A stretch of DNA of 64,000 bases from Marsupella aquatica (Eukaryota > Plantae > Marchantiophyta), in assembly GCA_973895155.1 (NCBI GenBank), contig OZ316893.1:18728857-18792856 (forward strand), read 5' to 3'. This document shows positions 23,027 to 36,780 of the stretch, piece after piece (the stretch's first letter is position 1; every line of letters starts with the position of its first letter). Both the position numbers and the translations under genes were made by a program. The notes under the pieces were generated by a model that was not told the DNA's origin, did no database searches, and saw only the letters and a program-made list of their open reading frames with translations.

Positions 23027-26000
23027 ATGAGCACAGAAATACACATCGGTTCCTGGAATGTTTGTGGCTTATGCGACGCAAACAGGAAACACATCGTTAA
23101 GAATTGGATCGCTTTGCTCAAAATTCCGCTGACAGCTTTAGCACTACAAGAAGTCAAAGCTGACAGGTTCCGCATGGATATTGCTCTACAAACAATCCTC
23201 CCAAGTTTCCAATACTTCTCGGCCAACTGCGTTGAAGGAAGGGGTGGCACTGCTCTTTTGATTCACTCTTCCTTCACTATCATACAATCGGGAATCATTG
23301 ACAAAGGGAGGGCTGTCTGGGTCAGAATCTCTCACTCGGAAGGCAATTTGGGGTTAGTTAGCCTTTATGCTCCTAACTCCCCTTGAGAAAGAGCTATCCT
23401 ATGGCATGATCTAAAGACCGCTCTTCCTCATGATAACTGGATAATCTGCAGAGACTTCAATATGACAGAAAGCATAATTGATTCTTCTGGACTTTCACCA
23501 CTGATCAAAGGGTGTGAGGTGAAATTTTGGAGATTTTTGAAAATGAGATTTGACTTAGAAGATGCGGCAAAAATCTCACAGGGTCTGAGGGGAGAAAAAT
23601 TCACTTGGACTTGATTCTATCTGAGGTTGAGAAGCAATGCACTCTTCTCTACGAAGCACCCGAGGATCTTATTCGTAGCGAATCCCTGGAGGTTAGGGAA
23701 GTGCGACGCAAATTGTTTGCTAACACTGGCAAGGCTCTCACAACGGCTGAGATTTCAAAACTTGAAGCACCACCGACGATGGATGAAATCCGCAGCACCC
23801 TATGGTTACTTTCGGCTGATAAAGCTCCTGGCCCATATGGGCTCACTGCAGAGGTTTTCAAAGCTTTTTGGAACTTCTTGAAGGAAGACTTGCTCAAAAT
23901 GATCCTTGACTTTTGGAGAACAGGCAACTTCTGGGCCAACATGAAAGGAGTAATCAAGTTGATCCCAAAGAAACCAGACAAAAGACGACTGAAAGATTGG
24001 CGCCCACTGACCATGCTCAACACCGTTTACAAAATTGTGGCAAAACTCTTGGTGCTTAGGCTCAAACCTCTCTTACATAAAATTATCAATCCTCAGCAAA
24101 TAGGCTTTATATCGGGCCGACATCTCTATTGCTTGGCTGACTACCGACTGAGTCGGCCATGAGAATTTAGTACACTTTTTCTTCTGTTAGATTTTGAAAA
24201 AGTCTTTGATAGAGTCAGCCACTCCTATATCTGGGAATCTATGCACCTGCTTGGACTAGGCAGCCACTTCATCAGTCTTGTTCGATCACTTCTCACTGGG
24301 GCGTGCTCCAAGGTTCACCTGAATGGCATGTTCTCAAGAGATATTCATATGCTTCGGGGGGTTAGGCAGGGATGCCCTCGCTCCCCCTTGCTCTTTGTGA
24401 CTGCTACTCAACCCCTTATGGATCATCTGGACAATGAGATTAGACGTGGCAGCTTTAGAGGCATACAAATATCAGACACATTGACGATTTCCTATTGTAT
24501 GTTTGCTGATGACTTGGGAATGGTAATACCTGCAACCAAAGAAGACTTCAAAGGGGCGACTGATGCTCTCGCCTGTTACAAATTGGCTTTCGGTGCCAAG
24601 CTAAATTTGAAGAAGTCGACTATGATTCCTCTCACGATGGAAGAGATCCTAGATTGGCTTACTAACACAGGATGCAAAATTAGCCTCAAAGGAGAAATTC
24701 AGCGTTACCTCGGGGCTCCCTTGGGCTGGGGACTGAATCCCTCTCAGTTGCACACTTTCTCCTTGACAAACTTAGCGCAAGACTCTCTATTTGGGCAGCC
24801 AGATTTCTATCATTCACAGGACATACAATTCTTGTAAAACACGTCTTCCAGGCAATCCCAATATATCACATGATGTTTCTACGCAGCTCCCACTCACTGG
24901 CAAAGATGATGGTGGCACTTTGCAGAGATTTCTTGTGGGGATATAATGAGAAGGGTGGCAGGAAAATACCCTTGGTTGCCTGGAGCACTTTGGCTCGTCC
25001 CCTGATTGACGGTAGCTTAGGCTTCAAAGATTTTAGAAGCCATTCAAATGCTTTACTGTGCCAATGGTTCAATAAGGCACTTGATCTCCGGAGTTCTAAA
25101 TGGTCATATCTTTTTGAGGAAAATCTCAAACTTGCCAAATGGAGGAATTCTAAGCACATTAGGAGGAACAGATACTCGCTCTCAAATCGTTTGCTACTTT
25201 GTTACCCACTTTCTTTCAGTTGCCTTCCCTACACTAGAAGTTTGTGGAAAGCGTGGGACTCTCTCCACTGTCACCTTATTTTCTCCCCTAGTAATACAGC
25301 AATGGCCTGCTGGTGGAGCATTGAGGATGTTCTACGCTGCTTAGATAACTTTCAACACCCGGACGACAACATGATTTGCGACATTATCAAGCTTTGTGGA
25401 AGAATTGGCATTAGGAAGATCACAGATCTTAGAGGCTCTCATGAATCGATTCTGGCACATTACACCGATAAGCTGATGCGCACCAGAGGCTTAGATGCTG
25501 CCACACGTAGATTATGCCTCCTCTTTGTTGATACAATCAAGAACACATCTGATGACCAGAGGTTTCATGGGACAATCGTTGCTCAATGGTGTTGGTCTGA
25601 CTAACAGGAGCAGCTGGCAAAATTTTCTCTCCCCAATGCTCGGATGTATCAATTGCTCCGGCCCAAAGGCACTGATCACAGTAGACTTAACAGGATCTGG
25701 AGCAGCTCACAATCTGCAACCGAATGGAACAAGGTTTGGATCTCTCTCTGGTCGTCTGATCTGCCCTTGAAAGCGAGAACATTTCTCTAGAGGATCCTAG
25801 CACAAGGTCTATTCACCGGATCTAGAGCTCAAAGGATTGGGGGGGAGAAGGCAAATGCACAATCTGCATTAATGATCTGGAAACATGTTTTCTTTTCCTG
25901 CTTTTTTGCCTAGCGCTGTTGGCTTCTGGTCCGACAGACTTTCCCGGACACTCTCAATTGGCGGCAAGTAGATCTCCTTTCTACTTTGGCTGAACGAGGC

Positions 26001-26204
26001 AGCTTAGGTATAGCAAAATCTCTTACAATGTTTATGATCTATCATTCCCTCTGGGCTCTATGGCTGGCCAGGAACGAACAACTTTTTAACCCAGGGAGGC
26101 TTAGACGTTTTAGCATTAATCTTGTTCTCTTGGAATTGCTAGACTCCTTACATGTACTTTGTGAAACTACTGGCCCAAGCAAGAAACATACTAGGATGCT
26201 GTGA
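23027..26204 (+). pseudogene. LINE ORF2 (APE endonuclease, reverse transcriptase, zf-RVT-like), broken, with an internal deletion near 23605
   Basis: Motifs include SWNVCGL, LQEVK, GGTALL, SLYAPN, KAPGPYG, WRPLTMLN..YKI.AK, DFEK.FD, GVRQGCP, MFADD, RYLGAPL and LGFKDF. Confidence 0.93.
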
Positions 26205-26503
26205 ATCCGCGAGATTGTAAAACAAGAACAAATACAATGGATTCCCCGCTCTGATGCTCGGCTTCACAGCTGAAGATACACTTGAGATTAGAATCAGGTT
26301 TATGGACTTTTGCTCTTTGCTACCTCTCCTGGAGCACTCTCTTTTTTGCTCCTTTTGCCCTCTTTTAGTTCTCACCAAGGTTTGTCTTGGTGGCTCTCCC
26401 CTCTTATGTTGGCTGTTTTGGCCCCCCTTCCCATGGGTTTTCGCGGGTTTTATTGAAATTAAAAAATAAAAATAAATAAAAATAGAACTCATCAATTTGT
26501 AGG

Positions 26504-26790
26504 CTTTGGGGGTTGACTATCAAAAATTTTAGGAACCACGTGCAATCCAAAATAGGTATTTTTGACTGATTTTAACTAAATTTTTAAAAAGCGTAGGAGG
26601 CAAAAGAAGGTATTATAAACTCATGTTTATAGAATATTCTTTAATATATACCCTTTATAAAGTAAAATAGGTTATTAATATTGAAAATAGAGAATATTCT
26701 TGGAATATTTTCTTTATAAAATAGGTCTATTTATATTAGGCTAGGATTGCACGTGGTACCCCAAAATATACACTTAGTTAACCCCCCGAG
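26504..26790. mobile_element. 287-bp MITE with 8-bp TSD (hAT-like by TSD length)
   Basis: The TSD TTTGTAGG is at 26496-26503 and 26791-26798. The ~45-bp TIRs are imperfect: ctttgggggttgacta...accacgtgcaatcc versus the reverse complement ctcggggggttaacta...accacgtgcaatcc. The interior is AT-rich, and removal restores the Copia gag frame. Confidence 0.88.
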
Positions 26791-27309
26791 TTTGTAGGAA
26801 GTGTAGAGCCGGTTTGATAACTCCTTGCGGTGATACTTGCTCTGCAACTTTGCAAACAAGGACATGCAATCCTTATGTGCACCCAACTGCTTGATGATGG
26901 GAAGCATGAGATAGAGTATAACACACCACACTCCCTGCTCCTGCATGCGGTCCCATTGTTTCTCATCAACATCATCTTCATGAGGGCTCAACAGTTGGCC
27001 CATTCCCAAAGCATAGAGCACTCCCTTCACCTGTTTCTCCCTAAGCAAGTAGTCAGAGCGCCCATCATACTTCATGACTTCATACTTGGGTCTCCCAAGC
27101 TTGAATGTCCCCATCTTCTTCTTCTGCACTACTGTTAGCTCCGGTAGTAGAATAGCTTCCTCCACCACACGCCGCACTGGTGATGGTACCGTTGTCATGT
27201 GCTTTTCCTCCTGCTCCTCTCTCTCCACCTCAAACCTTTGTGGTGATCCTCGTGCTTCAAGTTCCACGTCTTCAAAATCTCCTCCGAAATAGTCAAATGA
27301 GAAAATCAC
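26791..27309 (-). pseudogene. Copia-A gag N-terminal part
   Basis: KYEVMKYDGRSDYLL.EKQVKGVL is homologous to Copia-B gag (KFEVEKYDGRTDYLLWEKQVKGVL). Confidence 0.9.
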
Positions 27310-30267
27310 GAAAAAATGTCATTTTTCATAACTTCTCAAAAAACTCAAAACTAAACACCGCCGCATAGCCCACAAAGCTAGGACTCCAACACTGAAAACC
27401 AAAATCAAAATCAAAATTCAACGGAAAAGTTATTCAAATTTTGGTCGGGGTGGGTAAAACCTCGGGAAACTCCCCCATTTTGACTACCTCAGGGAATAAC
27501 CAAAATGCCAAGTACAACCTGTGATCGTAATTGCAATTATATTGGTGCGTCGCGTTGCTAACTTCAATAGCTACGACCTCGCCAAAAAAGAACCAAAAAT
27601 ATTACCGTTTGGTGCACAGAATCTTTGTCGGACGGCCAAAAACATGCTCTCTATATTTTTGGAATATTTTGTGTACAGTACAACAGGTCTCATAGGGGGC
27701 CGTTCCCCTTGTTCAAGCAGTTAAATTTGGGGGTCACCAGGCCTAGGACAGCCAATAGAAGAGCCGGCTAGAAAACGACAAGAAATTGGCCTTAAATGGG
27801 GTTTAAGGGCCCCTTTAGAAATATACAAGCGTATAATGCGCACACGCATTGCGCATACGCATGTCGAGCCAGGCAGGGGTACACGCAAGGGCTAGAAGCA
27901 GCTACGTACGCAACTACATACGAGCAAAAAATGGGGCTGAGGGGCATTCAGTCGTGAAAATGCGACTGCAGTCGCCGGTGCGCAAAGGGGTGAGGGCGGG
28001 GCGTAAACGGGCTGCTGATCACGAGCGGGAGAGGGAGGATGGCGGGTTGCATGCCAGCCGGTGCTGCAGACCCAATGACGGTCATGCCTGCGGGTGGAGT
28101 ACTCAGTGGGGAGGTGGGCGGGAACGCGAGGGCAAACAACGGGGGCCGAGGGGGTACCATGTGTGTATACACACACAAAACCCCTCCTTAAAGGGCACAA
28201 AAAAAATGCCTTTTTAACACAAAATTCCGATTACTCACCTTAATGGCCACTTTACACAAGGAAAGGGAACACCAACGACTAAGAAAAAGTTGCCAAATTG
28301 CACCGGCATAGTCTGGCATTCGTATTTTCGTTCCTCCTCTTGTCCATAAACCTCCCGATCTTCTCAATTTTAGCACAATTTAACTCTTCTTTCTGTTTTC
28401 TCAATAGTTTCGGTCCTCATGCTCTCAGGTCACTTTTATTTCACTTTTAAGAAAGTCCTCCACATCCACTTTTCAATGCAGCGCAACGAGTCGTAGCATC
28501 TCATACACACTAAAAGCATTAAAGCTCCTAATTTCCCTGTGCTAAGTATTTAGTCTCTCTTCCAGCCAAAACCCTTGAGCCACCATCACCCTCGCTGTTT
28601 CAATCTGAACCCGATCCTTTGCCTCTGATCACTTTGCTTTGTTTCACTCAAAACTCTGAAGCTCCGCCATCGCCCGAGGTTCAATTGTTCTTCTCCTCAG
28701 GAGCGCTCCTGTCTTAGTCGGAGGCGCTCTTCCTTTTATTCCGTTTCAGTCAAAATCTGACTATGTTCATAACAGTTTGCTCTAGTCCTCGCTCTTTCAT
28801 TTACAAGCATTCGTTCACCTCGTTCCAAGTTTTCAATCTCCTTCATATTTCATTGGCTTCCTCTCTTGATTTTTTTACTTTCCGTGTTCACACTATTGTT
28901 TACCATCCTATATACTTTCTTTCCTTAGATCTCCTTTCAACAATGCCATGAGGAATTCCAATCCTCCACCACTCTTCGCCTTAGCAGACAACGTCACTTT
29001 GCCTCCCAGCATCTCCCCTTCCCTTGGATCTCCCCTTCCTTCCAAACTCCTTTCTTGATACTATGCCTTTCCACTCTCTAGAACTCCTCATCACAAAACT
29101 GAAATTTTGTTTGTTTTGTTATCTATTGGACATAAGAGTGATTGCTACAAATGGCTATGTCCAATTTATGTTTTATGCATGACACCATGCCATCTTAATA
29201 TGCTATAACAAATTCATCTATTTTATATCCTAATGATGTCTATGCAATGCTGAAAGTTCATTTAATTACATTATGAAACATATATACGTACTTTTGATGT
29301 AGATTTGCTATTGACATTTTAATTTATTTGATATAAACCTTATGTTCCATCTATAATTGGTGTGTAAACTACACATATATAACTGTCATAAAGTTTTGAC
29401 CAAATAAGCTTAAAAAACTTTTGAATTCAAAAACTTTGGAGGAAATATTTAACCAAAATAGTGAAAGATTTCCACAAAATTCTCATAGAAGTTAAAGTAA
29501 GGAGAAAGGGAAAACTTTATTTCAATAAACTTTGTTCCTCTAAACTACATAGTATTTCCCAGAGTCTTGCTTTGTCAGCCAGTTTTGTTTGACTATTTCT
29601 AGAGATAACCTAATTCCATTAAAGTGTCAACATGTGAAGATACCACAGCCGGTTGGAGACATTCACCGGTGGTAACCTTTGAAAGAACTCACTGCCAGAA
29701 CATATTTGCAACTAACTACCCTTTTGCTCAGTCTGAAGACAAAAAATTGTCAGTTGGCACAGGCCGCTCCACCGAAACCTCAACATGAGCATATTCATCT
29801 ATTCAAAGGCCAACAGCAAAAGCTGCTGCATGGCTCTTTCCTATCTCTTGCACAACCCTTACTACCCCATGAAGGACTGGCCTTGAGTTGCTTCTTGACG
29901 CTGACTCCATCCTGTGGACCCAACAATTATGTGAGAAAAGCAAATCACACATGAAGACTCAATTACCTCTCCTGTCAAATGAATCCAGATCAAAAATTAT
30001 CAACAGCATAGACCTGGCAGGCTGACTCAAAACTATAGTACTACATCCACTATATACAAATCAATCAAGGGATTCCTTTTTCATACAAGTGAACCCATGA
30101 CGGAAAAATTGAATTACGGAACGTCACATGGAGAACAAAGTAGGAACAGTCAAGTCTGCCAGATTGTGTCAACAAGCATATGTCGTACCTTTCATTCCCT
30201 TTGACCTTCCCAAGAATGCACATTATGGCTTCAAAGCATACCCTTTCGCTTGGATCCAAAAAAAGCT

Positions 30268-30642
30268 TGATAAAGAATAGTACTGAAGTGAGATTTTAAG
30301 TCAAGCTCTCTACACAAACAAGTAAGGAACTTAAGTACAAGTTCTTTTTATTGAAGTTCATTCACAAGTTTGCCTAGAGTAGAATGACAGTTCTGAATGA
30401 TGAATTTACACGATGAATTGACACACGGTTTGGCGATTGCTGATTGCGGCTTACCATCAAGGGCAGGAGCACTTTATAATATATAATAGAGACGTGCGAG
30501 ATAAACTTGCACCAAAACATCATTCATTTGCAAAACATCCTGTAACGGTCCTACAAACTTGAACATGGGACTTAGTCCAATGCTCAGTGTATCTCGCCTA
30601 AGACATGTAAAATAAAAACTCGCAAAACTACCAATCTCCACG
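30268..30642. mobile_element. Possible solo LTR
   Basis: It starts with TG, has AAGCT on both sides (30263-30267 and 30643-30647), and contains tttatt and TATA-like tracts. However, it ends in CG rather than CA and has no partner in the window. Confidence 0.3.
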
Positions 30643-30829
30643 AAGCTCTAATATAGAGACAGGAACATAGAACAAACCAGTCAACAAAACCTAATAGAGA
30701 ATACCAAGGTTGAAAGCAAAGAGGGAGAAAGAAGAAGTACCTCCCGCAAGAGAGAGCTTGGCTACAAAGAAAGACGAGGCAGATAATAACAAGTGAGTGA
30801 GTTCATTCGTTCCCAAATGGTAATACAAT

Positions 30830-32100
30830 CCCATCGAGCTTCATTTGTTAGATAAAAAAGCTAGCCCCAATCATAGATATACTAGATGCAAAGAATCTTT
30901 TGATGCGAGTATGAAGGGATCAATTGGGCAACCCTCTGGCAATCTGGACAGCAAGATATCTAGGATACAATAAACATGAAGTAGGTGGAGACATGAATAG
31001 TGCTAGACAATGCCTTGAGAGGCTGTCCAAAGGTATGAGATTTCAGAAAACTTACCACTGCAATAGCAACACTAGAGGGATCTCCTGGGGCCAACATTGA
31101 AATCATTGCCAGTGCATGCGCACATCCTATATATACTATCTCGAACAAAATTAAATCAGAGATCATACAGGAGACACCTACAAATTGTGAGACACCTACA
31201 AATCATGCACTGGTAAGAGCAGAGCAAGATTGTTACTCATTGTAGACAAAGGAGTGTTAGATGGAAACATGATTGGCTATAAGAGATTCATGGAAATGTA
31301 TTTCCCGGACTACTAGTCAACAACAGACCCTCAAGAAATGTAGACATTTGGGAACCAAGAACTGACCTGCATTGCACGGTCCACCATTAAAGTTTGAATC
31401 TGTTTTCAAAATATGTGCCAACTTGAGCAAAATTAGGACACAATGAATCACTTTAGCAATGTTTGCTACCTCCACAACAATATAAGGCACTTTGGATCTT
31501 CTGTAAAGTGCTTTTCTGCTTGTAGAGGCTGTCGTGCCTTCATCAACCCACTGGAGTTTTGTGCAGTGCAATAACTTCCAATCTCCATCCCTTGGCAGCT
31601 TTTACATCATTCTAACAAATGCTAGATGCTTCATGATCTTCTTGCCACCCTCATCAATGACTTCACAAGAAATCAGCAACCTCAGTTGACCATAAGATGG
31701 TACAGGATCAACGCCAGCTTCTTCCATCTAAAGAGAGACGAATCCAAACCATTCTTTCATTCTTTACCATGGAAACTTCTGCAGGCACGGGTGTACATTG
31801 GCCAATCTCCAAATCGAATGCCTTCCCCAGCAGGCACTGCTAAGCTTTTCCAAAGTTGTATTATCTTTGGAACTGCACAATTCTCATCATTCAAGTGCAT
31901 AACAAAGGCTTCTCTGAGGTGTAGTTGTATTTCTGGTTGACAATGAAATAGTTCACTCACTTCTACAGGCACAAAGTCATTGTTACTTGCATCAAGCCAA
32001 CTCAATGTCAACCTTATATCCTTTCCAGATAGGGTGATCTGTCCTGTCAATACAGCCTGCACATATCAAATCATAAAGCACATGCATAAGTGCCTACAAG
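30830..32100 (-). pseudogene. Possible highly degenerate LINE ORF2 C-terminal remnant
   Basis: PKIIQLWKSLAVPAGEGIRFGDW resembles the LINE motif KIPLVAWSTLARP..DGSLGFKDF seen at 24870-25604. The region has many stops. Confidence 0.3.
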
Positions 32101-33725
32101 ACATCCTTTGTAAAGTGACATGTGTTGCTACACTGAAAGTACAAACTGAAAGTGTAACAGAAGTGGGAGGGAGGTAAGGGGAATAGTACCCGGTCCAGTG
32201 CAGTAACATCTTTTGCGTGCACTCTTAAGTCTTCTTGACAGCTCGCTTCGTCTAGTAAAATTCTAGTCCTCTGGCTATGCCTTGCTATTTGCCCCATGAA
32301 ATTTGTCATATTGTACTAGAGACACAAATCATCATTTAAGCTCTAAAACTTGGTATTTGTTCCCATGGAAGAACATGTTGGGAATGGTTTACAAACATTT
32401 AACACGAATGAATGACTAAGATAACAAAAACACAAAGATAAGCCTTTTACTTTGAATGCTCAGCAAGGCATAGTTTTAAATGTCTGCTTGACATTGTAAA
32501 TATAATTAACAAAATGGATGAAATTAACAAAATACAAGGAAATCTTGAGGTATGATGAGAGAGTCTGGAAAACACCAAGGTAACTTCTCAACAACACTTA
32601 ATTTGTAATGATTTAAGGTATTGAACTTGCAAGGAAATTTATGGAATGGAATACTTTACTGGGATGGTTGTTAGGGTGCATCTCAACCTTTCCTTTTGAG
32701 GTACTTAGTTAGAATTAACAGCCAATCACTTCAATATCCAGTCGGTACTTGAAGTCACAAATCACAATCACCGTCATCAACAAACTAAATCATGGAAAAT
32801 TGGTCAATGACATTCTTTGCAGGTCGTGCACAAGTAATGTCAAATCCAAAAACCACATGCATCAAGGACTTGAGTATGCATAGCCTTCACCATCATGGAA
32901 TCTATCTCTATACATTCAAAAGATTTTGACATGACACTATGTTTTACTTCATTGCTCAGAATTCACAACATTCCAAGTCAAGGAAGGGGGAAGAAATCCT
33001 TTGTATGCATTCACTCTTGACAAAAGCCAAAGTTTCTCTCTACAAAGTGAAGCTTGCCATGTTGCAAATCTGCAACACAGGGCTACATAATTTCCTCACA
33101 CCAAAAGTGTCACAAAGTTTGCTACATATAAGTCAGCAAGAACCCCAAGGAAAAGAAGATACCGAAGGGACATGCCCCTTTGGATCTCAAAGGTTCTTGA
33201 CTGAGAATCAAAGGTAACAAAAATATGTTACAAGGGTGCCTAAGATACACTAAAATACTCCCGGAATGTGAAACTAACTAAAAAAATGTCACTAGTGAAA
33301 ACTGACACAAAAGTATCATTTCAGTTTTTATCGGGAAAGTAGAAACAGTGAGTTTGTCCTAATTTTAACTTCTACATCAAAAGTCACAATGAAGTGAAAC
33401 TTTGTCAAGTGATAGATCTACATTCATATTTCATAGTGGCAAAATTTCAGACTTTTTGGAGGTGTCTAGGTGCCTCAAATAAATCAGAGATAAGTGCTGT
33501 GTGATAGAAGTTGCACAACTCCGGAAAACTTTCTAAGTGTCGGGAGTGCCAAAGCGCCAAAGCGCAAAAGCTACAAAAAAAACTTATAATTATGAGATCA
33601 CAAGTCGGTTTGAGTTGAAACTTTTGGGGTAGCTTCTACTACGTAAGGGTTATCTACTGGTGAAGTTTCAGGCATTCCTGAATACTTCAACAATTTAACA
33701 ACATATCTAATCTAACTGCGAAAAT

Positions 33726-36226
33726 TCAATCTTGCTGCATTAGAGCTTCAGGGTCTGGTTGCTGTACTCGTCTGAAGATCTCTCTCTGAATGACTTCACG
33801 GATTGCATCCATATCCTTGGAGTGGTGTCGAATGAAAGGAAGTGATTTTTGCTGACGCTCTATATTCAGCTCTGGAAGTAACCGCCTAGTAAACATGGTG
33901 TTGATCTTGCTGGCTTGCATGTAAATACCAACCAGGTCATAGGAACAGCAGGAAGCATGATAGTTATGTGGGAATTTTTGAATGAATGCTTCAGTATCCC
34001 TAGCAAAATCGAGAAGTGGATGAAGGGTAGAGGAAAGAACATGCCATTTCCTAGTATAATCTTTGAGTCGTTGGGAAGTGATGTTGTTCCAGATCCTTTG
34101 TTTCTCAGTAACTGGAGTGATAAATTTTTGTTTGATGAAAGGATACTCTGGAATGTTACGAGGATCAACTCGACTCATCCTGTTGGTCTGCTTTAGAAAT
34201 GAGATAATAAACTCAAGATGGTAGGCAGGAAGATTTCCAAAATAAGCTAAAGCTAAATCTCCATTCTCCAACACAATGTCACCAACCAGAATCATGGCAG
34301 CAAGGATGGGCCTGAAATATTCTGCCTCAGTCTAGATTTCATCCATCTCAGCTATTTCCAAGCGAGTGGTATCCCTCAAATGTAGCTTCAAGATATAGAG
34401 GCATTCAATTCTCCTCTTGTGATAATAATTCCAGTATTCTAAGATGGGAGGAGTTCTGAGATCTACCACTTTAAGAAATTCAGAAAACAGTTTGATATTC
34501 TCTGTGGTGGTCTTAGGATCTACATGGATGGTAGTGATAAGATTAACTTGGCAGGACTTATTCTTCCCAGGAGGTAGGGAATCAGGGTAGCCAACAGCTA
34601 GAGCTTCATCTGCAGGTGTGATGGTAAGGATTGGGAAACTAGGAAAATGGTGATCAGGACGATCGGAAGGACTATAAGGTGAGGTGGGAGAATGATCAGG
34701 AGAAGAGTGGGAGAGGGGAGAACCAAACTTGGAGGTGTGGTAGTATACTACAGCGTATACTTGAGTAGGTTCGCAGTTGAACATCTGGGTAAGCCTGATA
34801 ACAAGATTCTCACAATACTCCAAGTGATGATCTCGACTTATAACAGCAGTGGCTCTCTGTAATACTTCCTCCATCACTTCAACTATGTGCTCTGGATAGC
34901 ACTCTAACATAGAGGTAATCTTTGCAATTAATTCATAATGATACTGAACCTCTTCTGAAGCATGCTGAGGGATCGGAGGTTGCTGTTGGAGCTGCTGATT
35001 AACATCAGCCACTGGTTGATGTTCTTCTGCAATCCCCACAATATCAATGTCCATATCCTCACCACCAACTTGTTCTTCAACTTCATGAGAAGGTGGTTCC
35101 TGTAACAAACTTTGGATAACAGCTAGGGGTCCTTCGGTAGGTGAGTACATAGATGTAGGGTCCTGAGGTTCAGAGATAAGGACATCAGGAAAAACTTCTC
35201 TTTGTGGGACTGTTTTCAAGTCACGCACAAGAGTAACTACTTCTCCAGGGCTACAAGATAAAATCTCAGTCAAGGCTTCCACAATACCTTGGTAATAGAA
35301 AATCTGTCTTGCATCTTGATCAAGAGGATCTACTGGGGAGAGAGGAGCTTGGGGACTCTCAACACGACTGTCAGCGGAGCAGCTGCAAGGGGAATAACTT
35401 CAGCGGGTTCGGAAAGGAGAGGTGAGCTTGGTGGTGCAACGGGATCCCTTTCCTCACTAGTAGGACCATGCTGCTGATCTACTGGGGAAGGCATTGGTGT
35501 CTCTTCCTCACCTTCACCTTCAGGTAGATCTCCTTCTTCCGGAACTTCAAAGGGAAGTTCATCAAGTAGCCTTTGGGGCTCTATTTTCTCCTTAAGTAGC
35601 AAGCAATCTCCCTGGAAGTAAAGCTGGCTGAGATAAGCAGGTAAGCAGTTTAGCTTTCCAGTTTTAACTTCCTTCACTTGTGAGAGCACTGTCCTTCGTA
35701 GCAGCAGAGCCCAATTTACTTCAACAATCTTCTTCCAAGAAGTGTATAGAGTATTAGCTAAAGACACAGGAACCATCTGGGGTTGGTTCGGATGCAGGAT
35801 AGGAACGAGGAAATCAAGAATCAGTCGGAAGGTGTAGTCAATGCACTGATGCAGCTTTCAACCGTGTTTACTTCGTCGAACCCCTGCAAACATGGATTTG
35901 GAAACCGTGTCCCTTCCAGATACCAGATTAATCCCAGTCGAAGGACAATGAAAAGCTCGGGCAAATAAATTGATATCCCATTGTTCCACTTTGGCCCTCA
36001 CTGTATCCTCCATACCTTTGAGATGCGGGGAACGATCCCGAAATCCCTGCAAGTACGTAGGAGAAATAGTGTTCCAGGGCATAAGGAGTCATTTAAGATG
36101 CATTGCTTCCAATGCCTCAGCAAGTGCCATCAAATCCCGAGGAAGTGTTGGAAGTAGAGCTGGTACTGCTCTTGGGAGGCCATCGCCCACCGCAAGGTCT
36201 TCATCACTTCCTGTGGGCGAAGTCAT
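33726..36226 (-). pseudogene. ~830-codon orphan gene of probable LTR-retrotransposon accessory-ORF type (stops plus one frameshift near 35300)
   Basis: ORFs 36089-36280, 35858-36082 and 35330-35776 share one frame; 34332-35282 and 33726-34295 share another. The motif VRAKVEQW...LDFLVPILHPNQP...VSLANTLY...VNWALLL...LPAYLSQLY resembles retroelement-associated hypothetical proteins of non-seed plants (from memory). Confidence 0.55.
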
Positions 36227-36780
36227 GGTGAACTTGTCAAAAACACAAGGGCTCCAAAGCTCCAAAGCTCCAAAGTACAAAGGCGTAAAGGTGTATAGGC
36301 GCCTAAGTGCTTTTGCCCTACTCGGGAAAAAGAAAAGATCGCGACGCTACGGTAGATGTCGCGAGGTCCGCACTATAAGGAGTTTGGGGCTGCGTAGTTA
36401 TCTTCTTTGGTGCGCAGGGAGGATTAGGTCGATCCTCCTGGTTGATCTTGAGGTGTTGATCTTCTCTCCGAACTAACAATTAGTCACTAATCTATAGTTT
36501 AAGTGGTGTTTAACTCCTAATAACTTCTAAGTTCCTATAACACTACGTAGAGTAGTTATAAAGTCTTTGTTAGTTACAATTTTTTTTAAATTTTACTGTT
36601 TTTAATGATTCCTACTTAACCTACTATATTACAAAATTCCTCTTGTTGCTATTTCTGTATGGAACCTTCATAAGGGCAATGTGAAGATGTTCAAATATAC
36701 CTATGTCATATTCTAAAGGCAACCCACATCGTTTGATACAATCTTTCAGGTGACTCATGGCATGGACTTTTACAATGTTG

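Larger units (their letters stand above)
20361..26482 (+). mobile_element. Near full-length L1-clade LINE retrotransposon (degenerate)
   Basis: The TSD ta(a/g)aactcatcaa is at 20348-20360 and 26483-26495. An A-rich tail lies at ~26461-26482. The ORF1 and ORF2 layout is intact. Confidence 0.92.
1..27420 (-). mobile_element. Degenerate Ty1/Copia LTR retrotransposon (Copia-A) internal region, interrupted by CACTA (875-17232), LINE (20361-26482) and MITE (26504-26790)
   Basis: Minus-strand domain order is gag (SPVRR..., CWKCNQVGHFKRVC), protease, integrase, RT (LYVDDMLIA), RNase H. A polypurine tract (ctccccct on +) is at 1-8, in the same context as the Copia-B PPT, so the 3' LTR lies just outside the window. 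Removing the insertions rejoins frames (GMMLK|IPYDKAVG; LSNRLYTSYKL|MSFRMKE). No 5' LTR or PBS was found, so the right boundary is approximate. Confidence 0.9.

Noticed and set aside
27421-29100. 5' LTR/PBS of Copia-A, or a gene in the GC-rich 27850-28200 stretch
   Set aside because: No TGGTATCAGAGC-type PBS, LTR partner or coding motif was found, so the region is left unclassified.
36541-36560. CACTACGTAG as the TIR of the Plavaka element
   Set aside because: No matching GTAGTG end with a TSD was found in the window, and a 6-mer can occur by chance.
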